Source of the DNA: an uncultured Anaerolineaceae bacterium
GTDB taxonomy: Bacteria > Chloroflexota > Anaerolineae > JAAYZQ01
DNA: 57,826 nt
NCBI GenBank assembly: GCA_964575225.1
Contig: CAZNQW010000002.1
Location: 1 to 57,826 of the forward strand
Reading direction: 5' to 3'
Both the position numbers and the translations under genes were made by a program. The notes under the pieces are model-generated. The model was not told the DNA's origin and made no database searches. It saw only the letters and a list, made by a program, of their open reading frames with translations. Positions 34,337 to 44,372 of the stretch are shown piece after piece. Position 1 is the first letter of the stretch, and each line of letters starts with the position of its first letter.

Positions 34337-36595
34337 ATGAGTAGCGAGGAATCGACCGTTTCCAACGCACCCACTACGGTTGAGAAGCTGCGCGGTTTGC
34401 CTTGGGGTGTGGTCTGGAGCGTGGCCAATTCGGTCTTTGCCCAGTACACCTTTTTTGGTTCGATCTTTGTCCTGTTCCTCAACGAGCTAGGCCTCGATAA
34501 ATCTCAGATCGGCAGCCTGCTCTCGCTGCTGCCCTTTTTTGGCATCCTTGCCGTCTTTATCGTCACCCCCGTGGCCCGGATGGGCTACAAGCGTGCCTTT
34601 CTCATTGGCTTTGGCGGGCGGGCGAGCACGGCCCTTCTCCTGCTTCTGGCCCCGATCATCCTGGTGCAGTTTGGCCAGGGGGCGGTCCTGTCCTTCATCG
34701 TCGTCACGCTGGTTATTTTTGGGATTTTCCGCTCTGTCGGATTCACGGCCTACTACCCCTGGCAACAGGAACAGATCCCCGATTCGGTGCGGGGCAAGTA
34801 TACGGCCATCCGCAACGTATTGTCGAACCTTGTGGCTATGGGGGCCATGCTGGCGGGTGGCCTCCTGTTGGGACCCGACCCGGCTGTAAATCGGTTTCTG
34901 TTACTTATCTCCATCGGCGTCGCCTTTGGTGCGTTTTCCGTCGGGGCTGCTACCAAGATGCCGGGCGGTGGCCCCACCCGTGCCGATCCGGCAGACCAGA
35001 GCTCCTTTCGAGAGATGCTCGCGGCGGCCCGAGACCCAAATTTCGTCCGCTACCTGTTTGGTCTGGGGTTGGTGACGGCCGCCACCGGGCCGTTGACCTC
35101 GTTTGTCCCACTCTTTATGAAGGAACAGGTGGGGCTCAACTCCGATCAGGTGGTCTGGCTCGATACGGCCATTCTGTTGGGCGGGCTCGCTTCCAGCTAT
35201 CTGTGGGGCTGGCTGGCCGACCGCTATGGCAGCAAACCGGTCATGACATCGGGTGCCTATCTGCTGCCGTTACTGCCCCTGGCTTGGTTGCTGATGCCCC
35301 AACAAGCGTCGTGGCGCCTCTACCTGGCCCTGGGGATCGCGGTATTTCAGGGCTTTATCAACACCGGCTGGACCATCGGCTCGGGTCGCCTTTTGTTCGT
35401 GCGCGTGGTGCCGGCAGACAAGAGCGGACCCTATATGGCGCTCTACTATGCCTGGGCAGGCATAGCCGGCGGATTGGGCCAGCTCCTTGGCGGCTGGCTG
35501 GTCGAAAACTCGTCTGGGCTCGGTGGACAGTGGTGGGTTTTTCGGCTGACTCCCTACACCCCTCTGTTTGTGGTGGGGATGATCATTCCCTTGATAGGCC
35601 TGTTCATGTTCCGCCATGTGAAGGCAGACGGCTCGGTGACCACAAGGCAATTCGCCGGGATGTTCCTGCGGGGCAATCCGGTCTTGGCCATGGAAAGCCT
35701 GGTCCGCTACTATCGCGCCCGCGACGAACGGGCGGCAGTGGCCATGACGGAACGGTTGGGAAGCACCGGCAGCCCCCTGACTGTGGAAGAGCTGATCGAG
35801 GCCCTTCACGATCCGCGGTTCTACGTACGCTTTGAGGCCATTGTGTCCATCGCTCGGCGAAACCCCGATCCTCGCCTGACCGATGCTCTGATCGGAATTC
35901 TTGAGGGCAATGACCCTGCGCTGAGCACGATTGCCGCCTGGGCCCTGGGGCGGATCGGCGATCAGCGTGCAGTGGAGGCGCTCCACCAGGGCCTCAATGG
36001 GCGCTATCGCTCGGTGCAGGCTCACTGCGCCCGCTCCCTGGGCAACCTCAACGATCAATCCATCCGGCCGACGTTGCTCGAGCGCCTCGCCCAGGAGGAG
36101 GACATTGGATTGCAGATGGCCTATGCCTCGGCCCTGGGTCGGCTGGGCGCCCAGGAGGCCATCGAACCTTTGTTGGGTCTCTTACGCCAGGCCACAAACC
36201 ACGACGAGCGCGTGGAATATGCCCTGGCTCTGGCGCGACTGGTGGGTGACGAGCATGACTATATACAATTTCAGCGCCGGGTCGAATCGGAACCGGGCAC
36301 CACGCTGTCGCAAGCCACCACGTCCCTCAAGGGCAAGCTGGCCAAAGTCCGCCACATGGACCCGGAACTGGAGACGGCCCTGGATTCCGCGGCCGACGTC
36401 CTGGCCCGAGAAGACCTGCCCGGGGGCATCGAACGGCTGTCGGTCGCCCTTCGGCTGCTGCCCAAGGAACTCCTCACGGATGCAGGGATCGCGGTGCTCC
36501 ACGAGTGCGTACGCCAGATGGAACAAGGGGGCGCGGAGCGCCTGGAATATGGCGTCCTCGTGCTCCATGCCCTGGACTGCGAGATCGTGAGTTAG
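34337..36595 (+). CDS. MFS transporter fused to a C-terminal HEAT/PBS-lyase-type repeat domain (752 aa)
   Basis: The N-terminal ~430 aa contains about 12 hydrophobic spans typical of MFS. The C-terminal ~300 aa contains repeated HEAT-like units (DPRFYVRFEAIVSIARR, DPALSTIAAWALGRIGDQRAVEAL, RYRSVQAHCARSLGNL, LQMAYASALGRLGAQEAIEPL). Confidence 0.8.
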   Translation: MSSEESTVSNAPTTVEKLRGLPWGVVWSVANSVFAQYTFFGSIFVLFLNELGLDKSQIGSLLSLLPFFGILAVFIVTPVARMGYKRAFLIGFGGRASTALLLLLAPIILVQFGQGAVLSFIVVTLVIFGIFRSVGFTAYYPWQQEQIPDSVRGKYTAIRNVLSNLVAMGAMLAGGLLLGPDPAVNRFLLLISIGVAFGAFSVGAATKMPGGGPTRADPADQSSFREMLAAARDPNFVRYLFGLGLVTAATGPLTSFVPLFMKEQVGLNSDQVVWLDTAILLGGLASSYLWGWLADRYGSKPVMTSGAYLLPLLPLAWLLMPQQASWRLYLALGIAVFQGFINTGWTIGSGRLLFVRVVPADKSGPYMALYYAWAGIAGGLGQLLGGWLVENSSGLGGQWWVFRLTPYTPLFVVGMIIPLIGLFMFRHVKADGSVTTRQFAGMFLRGNPVLAMESLVRYYRARDERAAVAMTERLGSTGSPLTVEELIEALHDPRFYVRFEAIVSIARRNPDPRLTDALIGILEGNDPALSTIAAWALGRIGDQRAVEALHQGLNGRYRSVQAHCARSLGNLNDQSIRPTLLERLAQEEDIGLQMAYASALGRLGAQEAIEPLLGLLRQATNHDERVEYALALARLVGDEHDYIQFQRRVESEPGTTLSQATTSLKGKLAKVRHMDPELETALDSAADVLAREDLPGGIERLSVALRLLPKELLTDAGIAVLHECVRQMEQGGAERLEYGVLVLHALDCEIVS

Positions 36596-36628
36596 CACTG
36601 TCGCCAGGCGCGTCCAGAGCCGGACGGC

Positions 36629-39600
36629 TTACTCCCTTGCCTTGGCCGCTTTTGCTTCGCGAATCAAGCTGGCCGGCCCACTGAGGGGCAATCGCCGTTT
36701 TTGCAGGGCGCGGATGGCTGCCACGGTAGCCCGCAAAGGGACGAGCCTGGTGACATAGGGCACGTGGTTGTCTCGGGCCGCGGTGCGGATGCGGAATCCG
36801 ACTGTGCGCTTGCCTGCCACCGGCAGGGCCAGGCCACGCCTAGCTGCATCGATGGGCAGTGGTGGCTCGGGCGCCTGGTGCCCTGCCACCCCCGTGGAAG
36901 GGGTGTTGACAATCAGGCTCACATTCCCCTGGTTGATCAAGTCTACCACGTCGGGACGCCCCTCGCCCACCCGCAGCACCGTCTGGGCCGGAATCCCCAT
37001 GGCCTGAAGGACCCGCGCCGTGCCTTTGGTGGCTACGATCTCAAACCCCAGGTCACAGAGCTGAGAGATCAACGCCGTCCCTTCCCGCTTGTCGGGATCG
37101 GCCAGACTTGCCAGCACCAATCCCTTCACGGGCAAGGGATTTCCCGTCGCGATCTGGGCTTTGGCAAAGGCCTCGGGAAAGCTTTGCCCAAAACTCATGA
37201 CTTCACCTGTGGAACGCATCTCGGGGCCCAGTAGCAGGTCCGAGCCAGGGAAGCGGCCAAAGGGAAGCACCACCTCTTTGACCGAAGAGAACACGGGCCA
37301 GGGGGTGGGTACCAGGTGATCGCGGTGCAGGATTTCGTCCAGGTTGCCGCCGGGCTCCACCCCTGGGCGTACAGGGAAGGGCCAATAGGGCGCCAACAGC
37401 TCTAGAAGCGAGCGCCCGACGAGGATCTTGGCTGCCAATTTGGCCAGCGGGATGCCCAGGGCCTTGCTGACAAAGGGCACTGTGCGCGATGCCCGGGGAT
37501 TGGCCTCCAGGATAAACAGCTCGCTTCCCCGGATGGCCATCTGGATGTTGACCAATCCGACGGCCCCCATCGCCCTCACCAGGCTCGAGGCAGCTTGCTC
37601 GATGCGCTCGACCATATCCTCGGAGAGGCTCACGGGCGGCAGGACGCAGGCCGAATCACCCGAGTGGACGCCCGCTTCTTCGATCTGCTCCATTAACCCC
37701 GCCACCCACACGTCTTGTCCGTCGGTGAGAACGTCAACGTCGATTTCGAGGGCGTTTTCGAGGAATCGGTCGATGAGCACCGGATACCCCGGCGAGATGC
37801 GCGCGGCCTCGGCCGCGTAATGGCGCAATTCTTGGGGGCCATCGACGATCTCCATGGCCCGCCCGCCCAGCACAAAGCTGGGCCGGACGAGCACAGGGTA
37901 GCCCAGGCCGTCGGCAACCTGCAAGGCCTCGTCCACCGAGGTCGCCGTGCCATAGGGCGGGCTGTGCAGCCCAAGCCGGGCAAGGAGGGCGCCGAACTGC
38001 TTGCGATCTTCGGCCAGTTCGATGGCGTCAAGTCCGGTGCCCAGAATCGCCACCCCCTCGTTGACGAGTGTGCGGGCCAGTCGCAGGGGGGTCTGCCCTC
38101 CGAACCCAACCACGATGCCCATAGGCTTTTCGTTTTCGAGGATAGCCAGGACGTCTTCGTTGGTCAGCGGCTCAAAATAGAGGCGATCGGCAGTGTCATA
38201 GTCGGTGGAAACCGTCTCGGGGTTCGAGTTGACCATGATTACTTCATAGCCCTCTTCTTCCAGGGCCCAGACGGCATGGACATTGGCATAGTCAAACTCG
38301 ATGCCCTGCCCAATGCGGTTGGGGCCCGAGCCGAGAATGACAATCTTGGGCCGGTCGGTGGGGGTAGCTTCGTTGGCGCTGCCGGCATAGGTCGAATAAA
38401 AATAGGGGGTCGCGGCCTCAAACTCGGCGGCGCAGGTATCCACTTGCCCAAAGACCGGGACCACGCCGAGGGCCTTGCGCCGTAGCCGGATCTCGTTTTC
38501 CGACCGAGTCCAGATTTCGCCCAGCTCCAGGTCGGAAAAACCCCAGGCCTTGGCCTGCTGAAGGGTATCCCTGTCGACTTGGTCCCAGGGGCAGCGCCGA
38601 AGCTGACCCTCAAACTGAATGAACTCGGACAGCTCGCTCAGAAACCAAGGGTCGATGGCCGTGACTGCGTGCAAGTCGGCCACGGTCCATCCCTGGCGCA
38701 GGGCAGCGTGGACGTAGGCCAGTCGCTCGGGTGTGGGATTGGACAGGTACTCGAGGAGATGGGCAAAGTCCAGAGCCGGGGTCGCATCCAACTCCAGGGA
38801 ACGGAGGGCTTTGCCAAAGGCCTCTTTGAAGGTGCGGCCAATGGTCATGACTTCTCCCACCGACTTCATGTGGGTGGACAAGCGAGGATCGGCGCCCGGG
38901 AACTTTTCCAGTTGAAAGCGGGGCAGCTTGACCACCACATAATCCAGGGTTGGCTCAAAGGCGGCCGTGGTGCGGCGGGTGATGTCGTTGGGGATCTCGT
39001 CGAGCCGGTACCCCACCGCCAAAAGAGCGGCTACTTTGGCGATGGGGTAGCCGGTGGCTTTGGACGCCAGGGCCGAGGACCGAGAGACGCGGGGGTTCAT
39101 CTCGATCACCATCATCTGCCCGGTCGAGGGCTCGACGGCAAATTGAATGTTGGAGCCTCCCGTATCCACGCCGATGGCGCGCAACACGGCAATGGCGGCA
39201 TCGCGCATGCGCTGATAGGCCTTGTCGGTCAGGGTCTGAGAAGGGGCCACGGTGATCGAATCGCCGGTGTGAATGCCCATCGGGTCCATATTTTCTATGG
39301 AGCAGACGACGATTGCATTGCTGGCGCAGTCGCGCATCACCTCCAGTTCATATTCTTTCCATCCAATGACCGATTCCTCAAGGAGGACCGTATGCGTGGG
39401 GCTTTCGATGAGACCCTGGGCCACGATCTGTGTCAGCTCGTCGGCATTGTAGGCGATGCCGCCGCCCGAGCCGCCGAGGGTGAAACTGGGGCGGGCGATG
39501 AGGGGGTATCCAAGTTCCTGAGCGGTTATCAGGGCGTCGTGCAGGTTGCCGATCTGTCGGCTGCGTGGCACTTCCAAGCCGATACCGAGCATGGTCTGTT

Positions 39601-39997
39601 TAAAGAGATCGCGATCCTCGGCCTTTTTGATGGCTTCCAGCGATGCGCCGATCAGCTCTACGCCGTACTGCTCCAGGATGCCGCCTTCGGCCAGCTCTAC
39701 GGTGAGGTTGAGGGCCGTCTGCCCGCCCAATGTGGGCAAGAGGGCGTCCGGGCGCTCGCAGGCGATGATTTGCTCCAGGAATTCGGTGGTCAGCGGCTCG
39801 ATGTAAACGGCGTCGGAAAACTCGGGATCGGTCATGATCGTCGCCGAGTTCGAGTTCACCACGATGAGCCGGTAGCCGGCTTTTTTCAGCGCCTTGAGCG
39901 CTTGGGTGCCCGAGTAGTCAAATTCGGCCGCCTGGCCGATGACGATGGGCCCCGAGCCGATGATCAAGATGCTTTGAATGTCGGTGCGTTTAGGCAT
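36629..39997 (-). CDS. carB: Carbamoyl-phosphate synthase large subunit
   Basis: 1122 aa. N-terminus [33 protein letters not shown], with a duplicated ATP-grasp half ([21 protein letters not shown]) and a C-terminal MGS-like domain. Confidence 0.97.
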   Translation of the reverse strand: MPKRTDIQSILIIGSGPIVIGQAAEFDYSGTQALKALKKAGYRLIVVNSNSATIMTDPEFSDAVYIEPLTTEFLEQIIACERPDALLPTLGGQTALNLTVELAEGGILEQYGVELIGASLEAIKKAEDRDLFKQTMLGIGLEVPRSRQIGNLHDALITAQELGYPLIARPSFTLGGSGGGIAYNADELTQIVAQGLIESPTHTVLLEESVIGWKEYELEVMRDCASNAIVVCSIENMDPMGIHTGDSITVAPSQTLTDKAYQRMRDAAIAVLRAIGVDTGGSNIQFAVEPSTGQMMVIEMNPRVSRSSALASKATGYPIAKVAALLAVGYRLDEIPNDITRRTTAAFEPTLDYVVVKLPRFQLEKFPGADPRLSTHMKSVGEVMTIGRTFKEAFGKALRSLELDATPALDFAHLLEYLSNPTPERLAYVHAALRQGWTVADLHAVTAIDPWFLSELSEFIQFEGQLRRCPWDQVDRDTLQQAKAWGFSDLELGEIWTRSENEIRLRRKALGVVPVFGQVDTCAAEFEAATPYFYSTYAGSANEATPTDRPKIVILGSGPNRIGQGIEFDYANVHAVWALEEEGYEVIMVNSNPETVSTDYDTADRLYFEPLTNEDVLAILENEKPMGIVVGFGGQTPLRLARTLVNEGVAILGTGLDAIELAEDRKQFGALLARLGLHSPPYGTATSVDEALQVADGLGYPVLVRPSFVLGGRAMEIVDGPQELRHYAAEAARISPGYPVLIDRFLENALEIDVDVLTDGQDVWVAGLMEQIEEAGVHSGDSACVLPPVSLSEDMVERIEQAASSLVRAMGAVGLVNIQMAIRGSELFILEANPRASRTVPFVSKALGIPLAKLAAKILVGRSLLELLAPYWPFPVRPGVEPGGNLDEILHRDHLVPTPWPVFSSVKEVVLPFGRFPGSDLLLGPEMRSTGEVMSFGQSFPEAFAKAQIATGNPLPVKGLVLASLADPDKREGTALISQLCDLGFEIVATKGTARVLQAMGIPAQTVLRVGEGRPDVVDLINQGNVSLIVNTPSTGVAGHQAPEPPLPIDAARRGLALPVAGKRTVGFRIRTAARDNHVPYVTRLVPLRATVAAIRALQKRRLPLSGPASLIREAKAAKARE

Positions 39998-41255
39998 GTT
40001 GTTGCTCCATCAGCGTGATGAACTCCTGGAAAAAGGATTGGGCGTCGTGGGGGCCGGGGGATGCTTCGGGATGGTATTGCACCGAAAAGGCAGGCCAGTC
40101 GCAGAGCCTGAGGCCCTCCAGCGTACCATCGTTCAGCGACAGGTGGGTAATCTCCACGGGCCCGAATCCTGCCGGACTGGAACCAGGCAACGCCCCCTTG
40201 GGCAGGAGTTCGGCCATCGTGACCCGGGTGTCGGTCGGGTGCTTTTTGGGGGCCAAGATCTCGGGGCGAACAGGGTGGAAGGCGTCATCCAGCGGCTGCC
40301 AGGGGATGCCAAAACTGGTGGGGTCGAGGGCGAACCCGTGGTTGTGGGTGGTAATCAACACGCGACCGCTGCTCAGGTCTTTGACCGGGTGGTTGGCGCC
40401 CCGATGGCCAAACCGCATCTTGTAGGTTCGGCCGCCAATCGCCAGGCCCAAGAGCTGGTGCCCGAGGCAGATCCCAGCCAGGGGGATGCGCTTTTCCAGC
40501 AGGCCACGGATCAGGCGGATGGTGGGTTCGAGCGCGGCGGGATCGCCGGGACCGTTGGAGATGAGAACGCCATCGGGCTGCATCGCAGCTACCTGCTTCG
40601 CATCGGCGTCGTGGGCGACGGTCTGAACGTCGCAGCCGTGGGCGACCAGATCCCGGATGATGCCCTCTTTTCTTCCGGCATCCACAACCACTACCTGAAA
40701 GGGTCGCCGAGCGGGGGGAGGTACGGAACGGACCTGCTTCCCTACCTCATCGACCAGGTTACGACCGAGCATGGAAGGGCTCTGGCGGACGCGGGCCACC
40801 AGACTTTCGGGCACCAGGTCGTGGGTGGAGATGGCCCCGCGCAAGGCGCCCTGGGTGCGAATGTGGTGGGTGAGGGTGCGAGTGTCGATCCCTTCCAGGG
40901 CGACCACGCCGGCTGCCTCGAGATAATCGGGCAAGGACCCTGGCTCCGCTGTAGAGAGATGCCTGCGCACCATCCGATGGACCACAAAGCCCGCTACCTG
41001 GATCTGTTCTGACTCTACAGCTTTGGCGGTGACGCCATAGATGCCGATTTCTGGATAGGTCATTACCACGATTTGACCTCGATAGGATGGATCGGTCAGC
41101 ACTTCCTGGTAACCGGTCATCCCGGTGTTAAAGATCAACTCGCCAAAGGTCTCTCCATATGAGCCTACGCTCGTGCCCCAGAAGCAGGTTCCGTCTTCCA
41201 GGGCGAGGAGTGCGACTTGGCCGGCGTCCGGTGATCGATCCCTCTTTTCTTCCAT
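39990..41255 (-). CDS. carA: Carbamoyl-phosphate synthase small (glutamine amidotransferase) subunit
   Basis: ATG 41255 (MEEKRDR...) follows GGGAG. Motifs: [16 protein letters not shown]...[16 protein letters not shown], and the GATase triad context GICLGHQLL...HNHGF. It overlaps the carB start by 8 nt. Confidence 0.93.
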   Translation of the reverse strand: MEEKRDRSPDAGQVALLALEDGTCFWGTSVGSYGETFGELIFNTGMTGYQEVLTDPSYRGQIVVMTYPEIGIYGVTAKAVESEQIQVAGFVVHRMVRRHLSTAEPGSLPDYLEAAGVVALEGIDTRTLTHHIRTQGALRGAISTHDLVPESLVARVRQSPSMLGRNLVDEVGKQVRSVPPPARRPFQVVVVDAGRKEGIIRDLVAHGCDVQTVAHDADAKQVAAMQPDGVLISNGPGDPAALEPTIRLIRGLLEKRIPLAGICLGHQLLGLAIGGRTYKMRFGHRGANHPVKDLSSGRVLITTHNHGFALDPTSFGIPWQPLDDAFHPVRPEILAPKKHPTDTRVTMAELLPKGALPGSSPAGFGPVEITHLSLNDGTLEGLRLCDWPAFSVQYHPEASPGPHDAQSFFQEFITLMEQQHA

Positions 41256-41392
41256 AATCTCCCGTCCCAAAGATTAGAATAACCGAGATCCAACCTTCCC
41301 CACGCCCTTTCGACAATCGACTTGGCCTCGTTGGACCCAGTCGGTGGAGCCGGTCGTGGGCGCTAAAAAGCGCGACGCACCTTCTCATCGCG

Positions 41393-41428
41393 CAAAAAAG
41401 AGCCAGCCCCCATCTGGAGACTGGCTCT
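41393..41428 (-). terminator. Intrinsic terminator / attenuator hairpin inside the carA leader
   Basis: Minus strand: AGAGCCAG-TCTCCAGATGGGGG-CTGGCTCT followed by TTTTTGCG. It lies 138 nt upstream of the carA ATG and about 130 nt downstream of a promoter-like element. Confidence 0.6.
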
Positions 41429-41567
41429 GGGAATTCGGTACCAACGCCCCAGGCGGCCTATCCAGACAGATGGTCTGGCTCGAGGTTAGGGCATCGGCTC
41501 TTGGAATCCAGCTTGAAACTCATCCGCAAATTACTCGTCCTTCAATCGTATCGTCGAAACCGGCAGG

Positions 41568-41596
41568 AGCTTACCACAGAAAACGCCATCTGTCAA
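41568..41596 (-). promoter_or_regulatory. Sigma70-like promoter (TTGACA-17 nt-TAAGCT, TGn) for the carAB leader
   Basis: Minus strand: -35 TTGACA (comp. 41591-41596) and -10 TAAGCT (comp. 41568-41573), preceded by TGG. Confidence 0.45.
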
Positions 41597-41655
41597 AATC
41601 CCCAAGCCGGTTTTGCCAGCTCGCTCCAGGTCAGATGCCTTTCAGATCAGATTTC

Positions 41656-42717
41656 CTAAAGATCGTAGCGGTCGAGTGCTTCCTCCAGAATCATGCCGAT
41701 CAGCTCGGCGTGATGGATGCCTGCTGCCTCCGCTTCGATAACTAGGTCGCTGATTCCGGGCGATAGCCCAGGCAGGGGGTTGATCTCTAGGATGTAGGGG
41801 CGATCTCCGTCCGAAGCATCGAGCCGAAAGTCCACCCGGGCCACATCCAGACAGCCGGTCACACGGAACACGGCGGCAGCCAGCCAATTTAGATCCTCTA
41901 CTTGCTCAGGCTCGAGATTGGCGGGGCAGATGTAGGGTATCTTGTCTGCCAGGTCGACCTTGACCCGGTGGGTGTAGATGCCTGCCTCCTCCTGCTCCCA
42001 TTCGCCGAGGGCGATCTCCAGCGGCGGCAAAAAGTAGAGTCCACGGACGATACGCGGCGCATCCTCATCCTCGGGCAGCCGGCGGGCCACCGGTCCCACC
42101 AGGTTGCCGACCATCCCCACCGTCACGTCGCGCCCATCGATAAAGCGTTCGACCAACACAGGTTCCTGATACTTTTCCAGAAGGTGGGTCACCTGCGCCC
42201 GAAGCTCTGTTTCATGATGAAGGATCGATTGGGGCGTAATTCCCATCCCCGTCCCCTGGCGGCTCGGTTTGGCAAACAGGGGGAAAACCAGGTCGTCGCT
42301 CAGGGGTTCGTTGGCGCGTTCGAAAACCTGGAAGGCGGGCGTGGGCAGGTCGTGATAGGTGAGGACCCGCTTGGTCATCGGTTTGTCCAACGTCAAGGCC
42401 AGCGTCAACACCTTGGAACCGGTGTAGGGGATGCGCAGCATCTCCAGAATGGCCGGTACCTGCGCCTCTCGGCCATCGCCAAAATGCCCCTCGCAGATGT
42501 TGAAGCAGATATCGGGGCGCTTCTCTCGCAGACGATCGTAGAGGGTTACGTCCCCTTCCAAAAAGAAGGCATCGTGTCCCGCTTGGTGCAGGGCATCTAC
42601 GATACTCTCCACCGTGTGCTCTGAATCCAGATCCGCCCAATAGTCCGGCGGCATGCCCGGTTCCATGGGCGCGTTCTTTTTGAGATTGGCCAACACGGCC
42701 ACCCGCAACCTCTTCAT
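41656..42717 (-). CDS. ATP-grasp ligase of the D-alanine--D-alanine ligase family (divergent N-terminus)
   Basis: Ddl-like central blocks are present: PDICFNICEGHFGDGREAQVPAILEMLRIPYTGSKVLTLALTLDKPMTKRVL, FAKPSRQGTGMGI, VLVERFIDGRDVTVG, and EINPLPGLSP at the Mg/ATP site. The canonical N-terminal GGxSxEHxVS is replaced by LDSEHTVESI. Its ATG directly abuts the kamA stop. Confidence 0.8.
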   Translation of the reverse strand: MKRLRVAVLANLKKNAPMEPGMPPDYWADLDSEHTVESIVDALHQAGHDAFFLEGDVTLYDRLREKRPDICFNICEGHFGDGREAQVPAILEMLRIPYTGSKVLTLALTLDKPMTKRVLTYHDLPTPAFQVFERANEPLSDDLVFPLFAKPSRQGTGMGITPQSILHHETELRAQVTHLLEKYQEPVLVERFIDGRDVTVGMVGNLVGPVARRLPEDEDAPRIVRGLYFLPPLEIALGEWEQEEAGIYTHRVKVDLADKIPYICPANLEPEQVEDLNWLAAAVFRVTGCLDVARVDFRLDASDGDRPYILEINPLPGLSPGISDLVIEAEAAGIHHAELIGMILEEALDRYDL

Positions 42718-44079
42718 TTATTCCTCCTCCACGGATCCCGTGAGCTGTGATTTGATCGGACGCCAGTGAATGCGGGTGAGCCGCTGGTGGCTCGCCTCGA
42801 ACCCTTCAGGGGCGATGATTCTGCGCTCGCCCGATAGCAGCGCGGCGACCCCTTCCTGTCCATCCTCGTCCTTCCGCGCCTGACAGGCCGGGCAGCGTGA
42901 AGGATCGTGGGGCTTGTAATCGTCGGGTTCTGTGTAGGCGGTGATCATCCCTTCAAAGTTTCGCACCACCATCCGTTTGTCCGACTGGCTGATCAGGTAC
43001 TGGGGCATCACAGGCACCTTGCCCCCGCCCCCCGGCGCATCGATCACAAAAGTGGGAACCGCAAAGCCGGAAGTATGCCCGCGCAAGGCCTCAATAATCT
43101 CGATGCCGGTGGAAGCCGATGTGCGAAAGTGCCCGGCCCCGGCGACCAGATCGCACTGGTAGAGGTAGTAGGGACGGACGCGCGCCTTGACCAGGGCATG
43201 GACCAGGTCCATCATCACATGAGGGCAGTCGTTTACTCCTGCCAACAGAACCGATTGACAGCCCAGGGGAATTCCGGCATCGGCCAATAGGGCACAAGCG
43301 CGCACTGTTTCGGGGGTCATCTCGCGAGCGTGATTGACGTGGACGTTCATCCACAACGGATGGAACCGCTGCAGCATCGAAACAAGCTCTGCGTCGATCC
43401 GTTGCGGCAAGAAAACCGGCACGCGGGTGCCGATGCGGATCACCTCGACGTGGGGGATGGCCCGCAAGCGAGAAAGAAGATACTCCAAGGTCTTGGGGGG
43501 CAGCATCAGGGGATCGCCGCCCGAAAGCAGTACGTCACGAACCTGCGGGTTGCCGGCGATGTAGAGAAGCTGCGCCTCGTGATTCTCACGGCTGAACTGA
43601 GCCGCGGCATGACCCACAATGCGGCTGCGTGTGCAATAACGGCAGTAGCTGGCGCACTGGGTGGTGACGAGCATGAGTACGCGGTCTGGATAGCGATGCA
43701 CCAGGCCTGGCACGGGGGAATGGGCATCTTCGCTGAGGGAGTCGACCATCATGGATTCAAAGCCCGCCAGTTCGCGACCCGTTGGTACCACCTGGCGCCG
43801 AATGGGACAATCGGGATCGTCGGGATCGATCAAGGAGGCAAAGTGGGGGGTAATATCGAGGCGAAAGCGGTGAGATGCTCCCACCCCTTCCAACTCTTCC
43901 GCCGTCAGGCGGATCACCTGGCCAAGTTCTTGGACGGTGTTCAGGCGATGGCTCAGTTGCCAGCGCCAGTCGTGCCACTTGACATCGGGCACGTCGGCCC
44001 AAATCGCGGGTCTGGGAGTCGAGCCTGTGGCCGGACTCCCAGGAGGTTCCGGTTCTTGCGAAACCTGGTCTGTGGACAT
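42718..44079 (-). CDS. kamA: Lysine 2,3-aminomutase family radical SAM enzyme (KamA/EpmB-like)
   Basis: The radical SAM motif is TTQCASYCRYCTRS (CxxxCxxC). Other blocks: LLSGGDPL, and RPYYLYQCDLVAGAGHFRTS...PTFVIDAPGGGGKVPV. Start set at ATG 44079 (MSTDQV...); ATG 44118 is possible. The 110-codon upstream extension in the ORF track has no homology-like features and overlaps the predicted promoter. Confidence 0.85.
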   Translation of the reverse strand: MSTDQVSQEPEPPGSPATGSTPRPAIWADVPDVKWHDWRWQLSHRLNTVQELGQVIRLTAEELEGVGASHRFRLDITPHFASLIDPDDPDCPIRRQVVPTGRELAGFESMMVDSLSEDAHSPVPGLVHRYPDRVLMLVTTQCASYCRYCTRSRIVGHAAAQFSRENHEAQLLYIAGNPQVRDVLLSGGDPLMLPPKTLEYLLSRLRAIPHVEVIRIGTRVPVFLPQRIDAELVSMLQRFHPLWMNVHVNHAREMTPETVRACALLADAGIPLGCQSVLLAGVNDCPHVMMDLVHALVKARVRPYYLYQCDLVAGAGHFRTSASTGIEIIEALRGHTSGFAVPTFVIDAPGGGGKVPVMPQYLISQSDKRMVVRNFEGMITAYTEPDDYKPHDPSRCPACQARKDEDGQEGVAALLSGERRIIAPEGFEASHQRLTRIHWRPIKSQLTGSVEEE

Positions 44080-44343
44080 TTCTTTTTTGTGCACCTTTCT
44101 GTATCGTATGGGCATTGCCACCCGGGATCTCGCCCAGGCACAGCCGGTGGTGGTCCACCGGAAGCGGCGGCATTGTAGCACCATCAAAGTCAAATGACAA
44201 ATGCACGAGGCAGCAAGATTGCAGCCTGTCGAGCCGAGGCCTACACCTGGCACCTTGTGCCCCACGTCCCGTGTGCCCTCGACGGCTGGGCCAACACCTG
44301 CCAGGCGCCGCGAGTCGCGCATCGCTAACAGGCGCGGATAAAT

Positions 44344-44372
44344 TTGACACCCGATCATTAACGTGGTAAAAT
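44344..44372 (+). promoter_or_regulatory. Sigma70-like promoter (TTGACA-17 nt-TAAAAT, TGn) for the csp-rbp operon
   Basis: -35 at 44344-44349 and -10 at 44367-44372, preceded by TGG. It predicts a 5' UTR of about 125 nt, as is usual for cold-shock genes. Confidence 0.5.

Noticed and set aside
41399-41428. Calling the carA-leader terminator loop a bona fide PyrR-binding site.
   Set aside because: The loop UCUCCAGAUGGGGG shares only CCAGA and a G-run with the CCAGAGAGG-type PyrR consensus as I remember it. It also sits in the terminator rather than in an anti-antiterminator. It is left as an open possibility within the attenuator finding.
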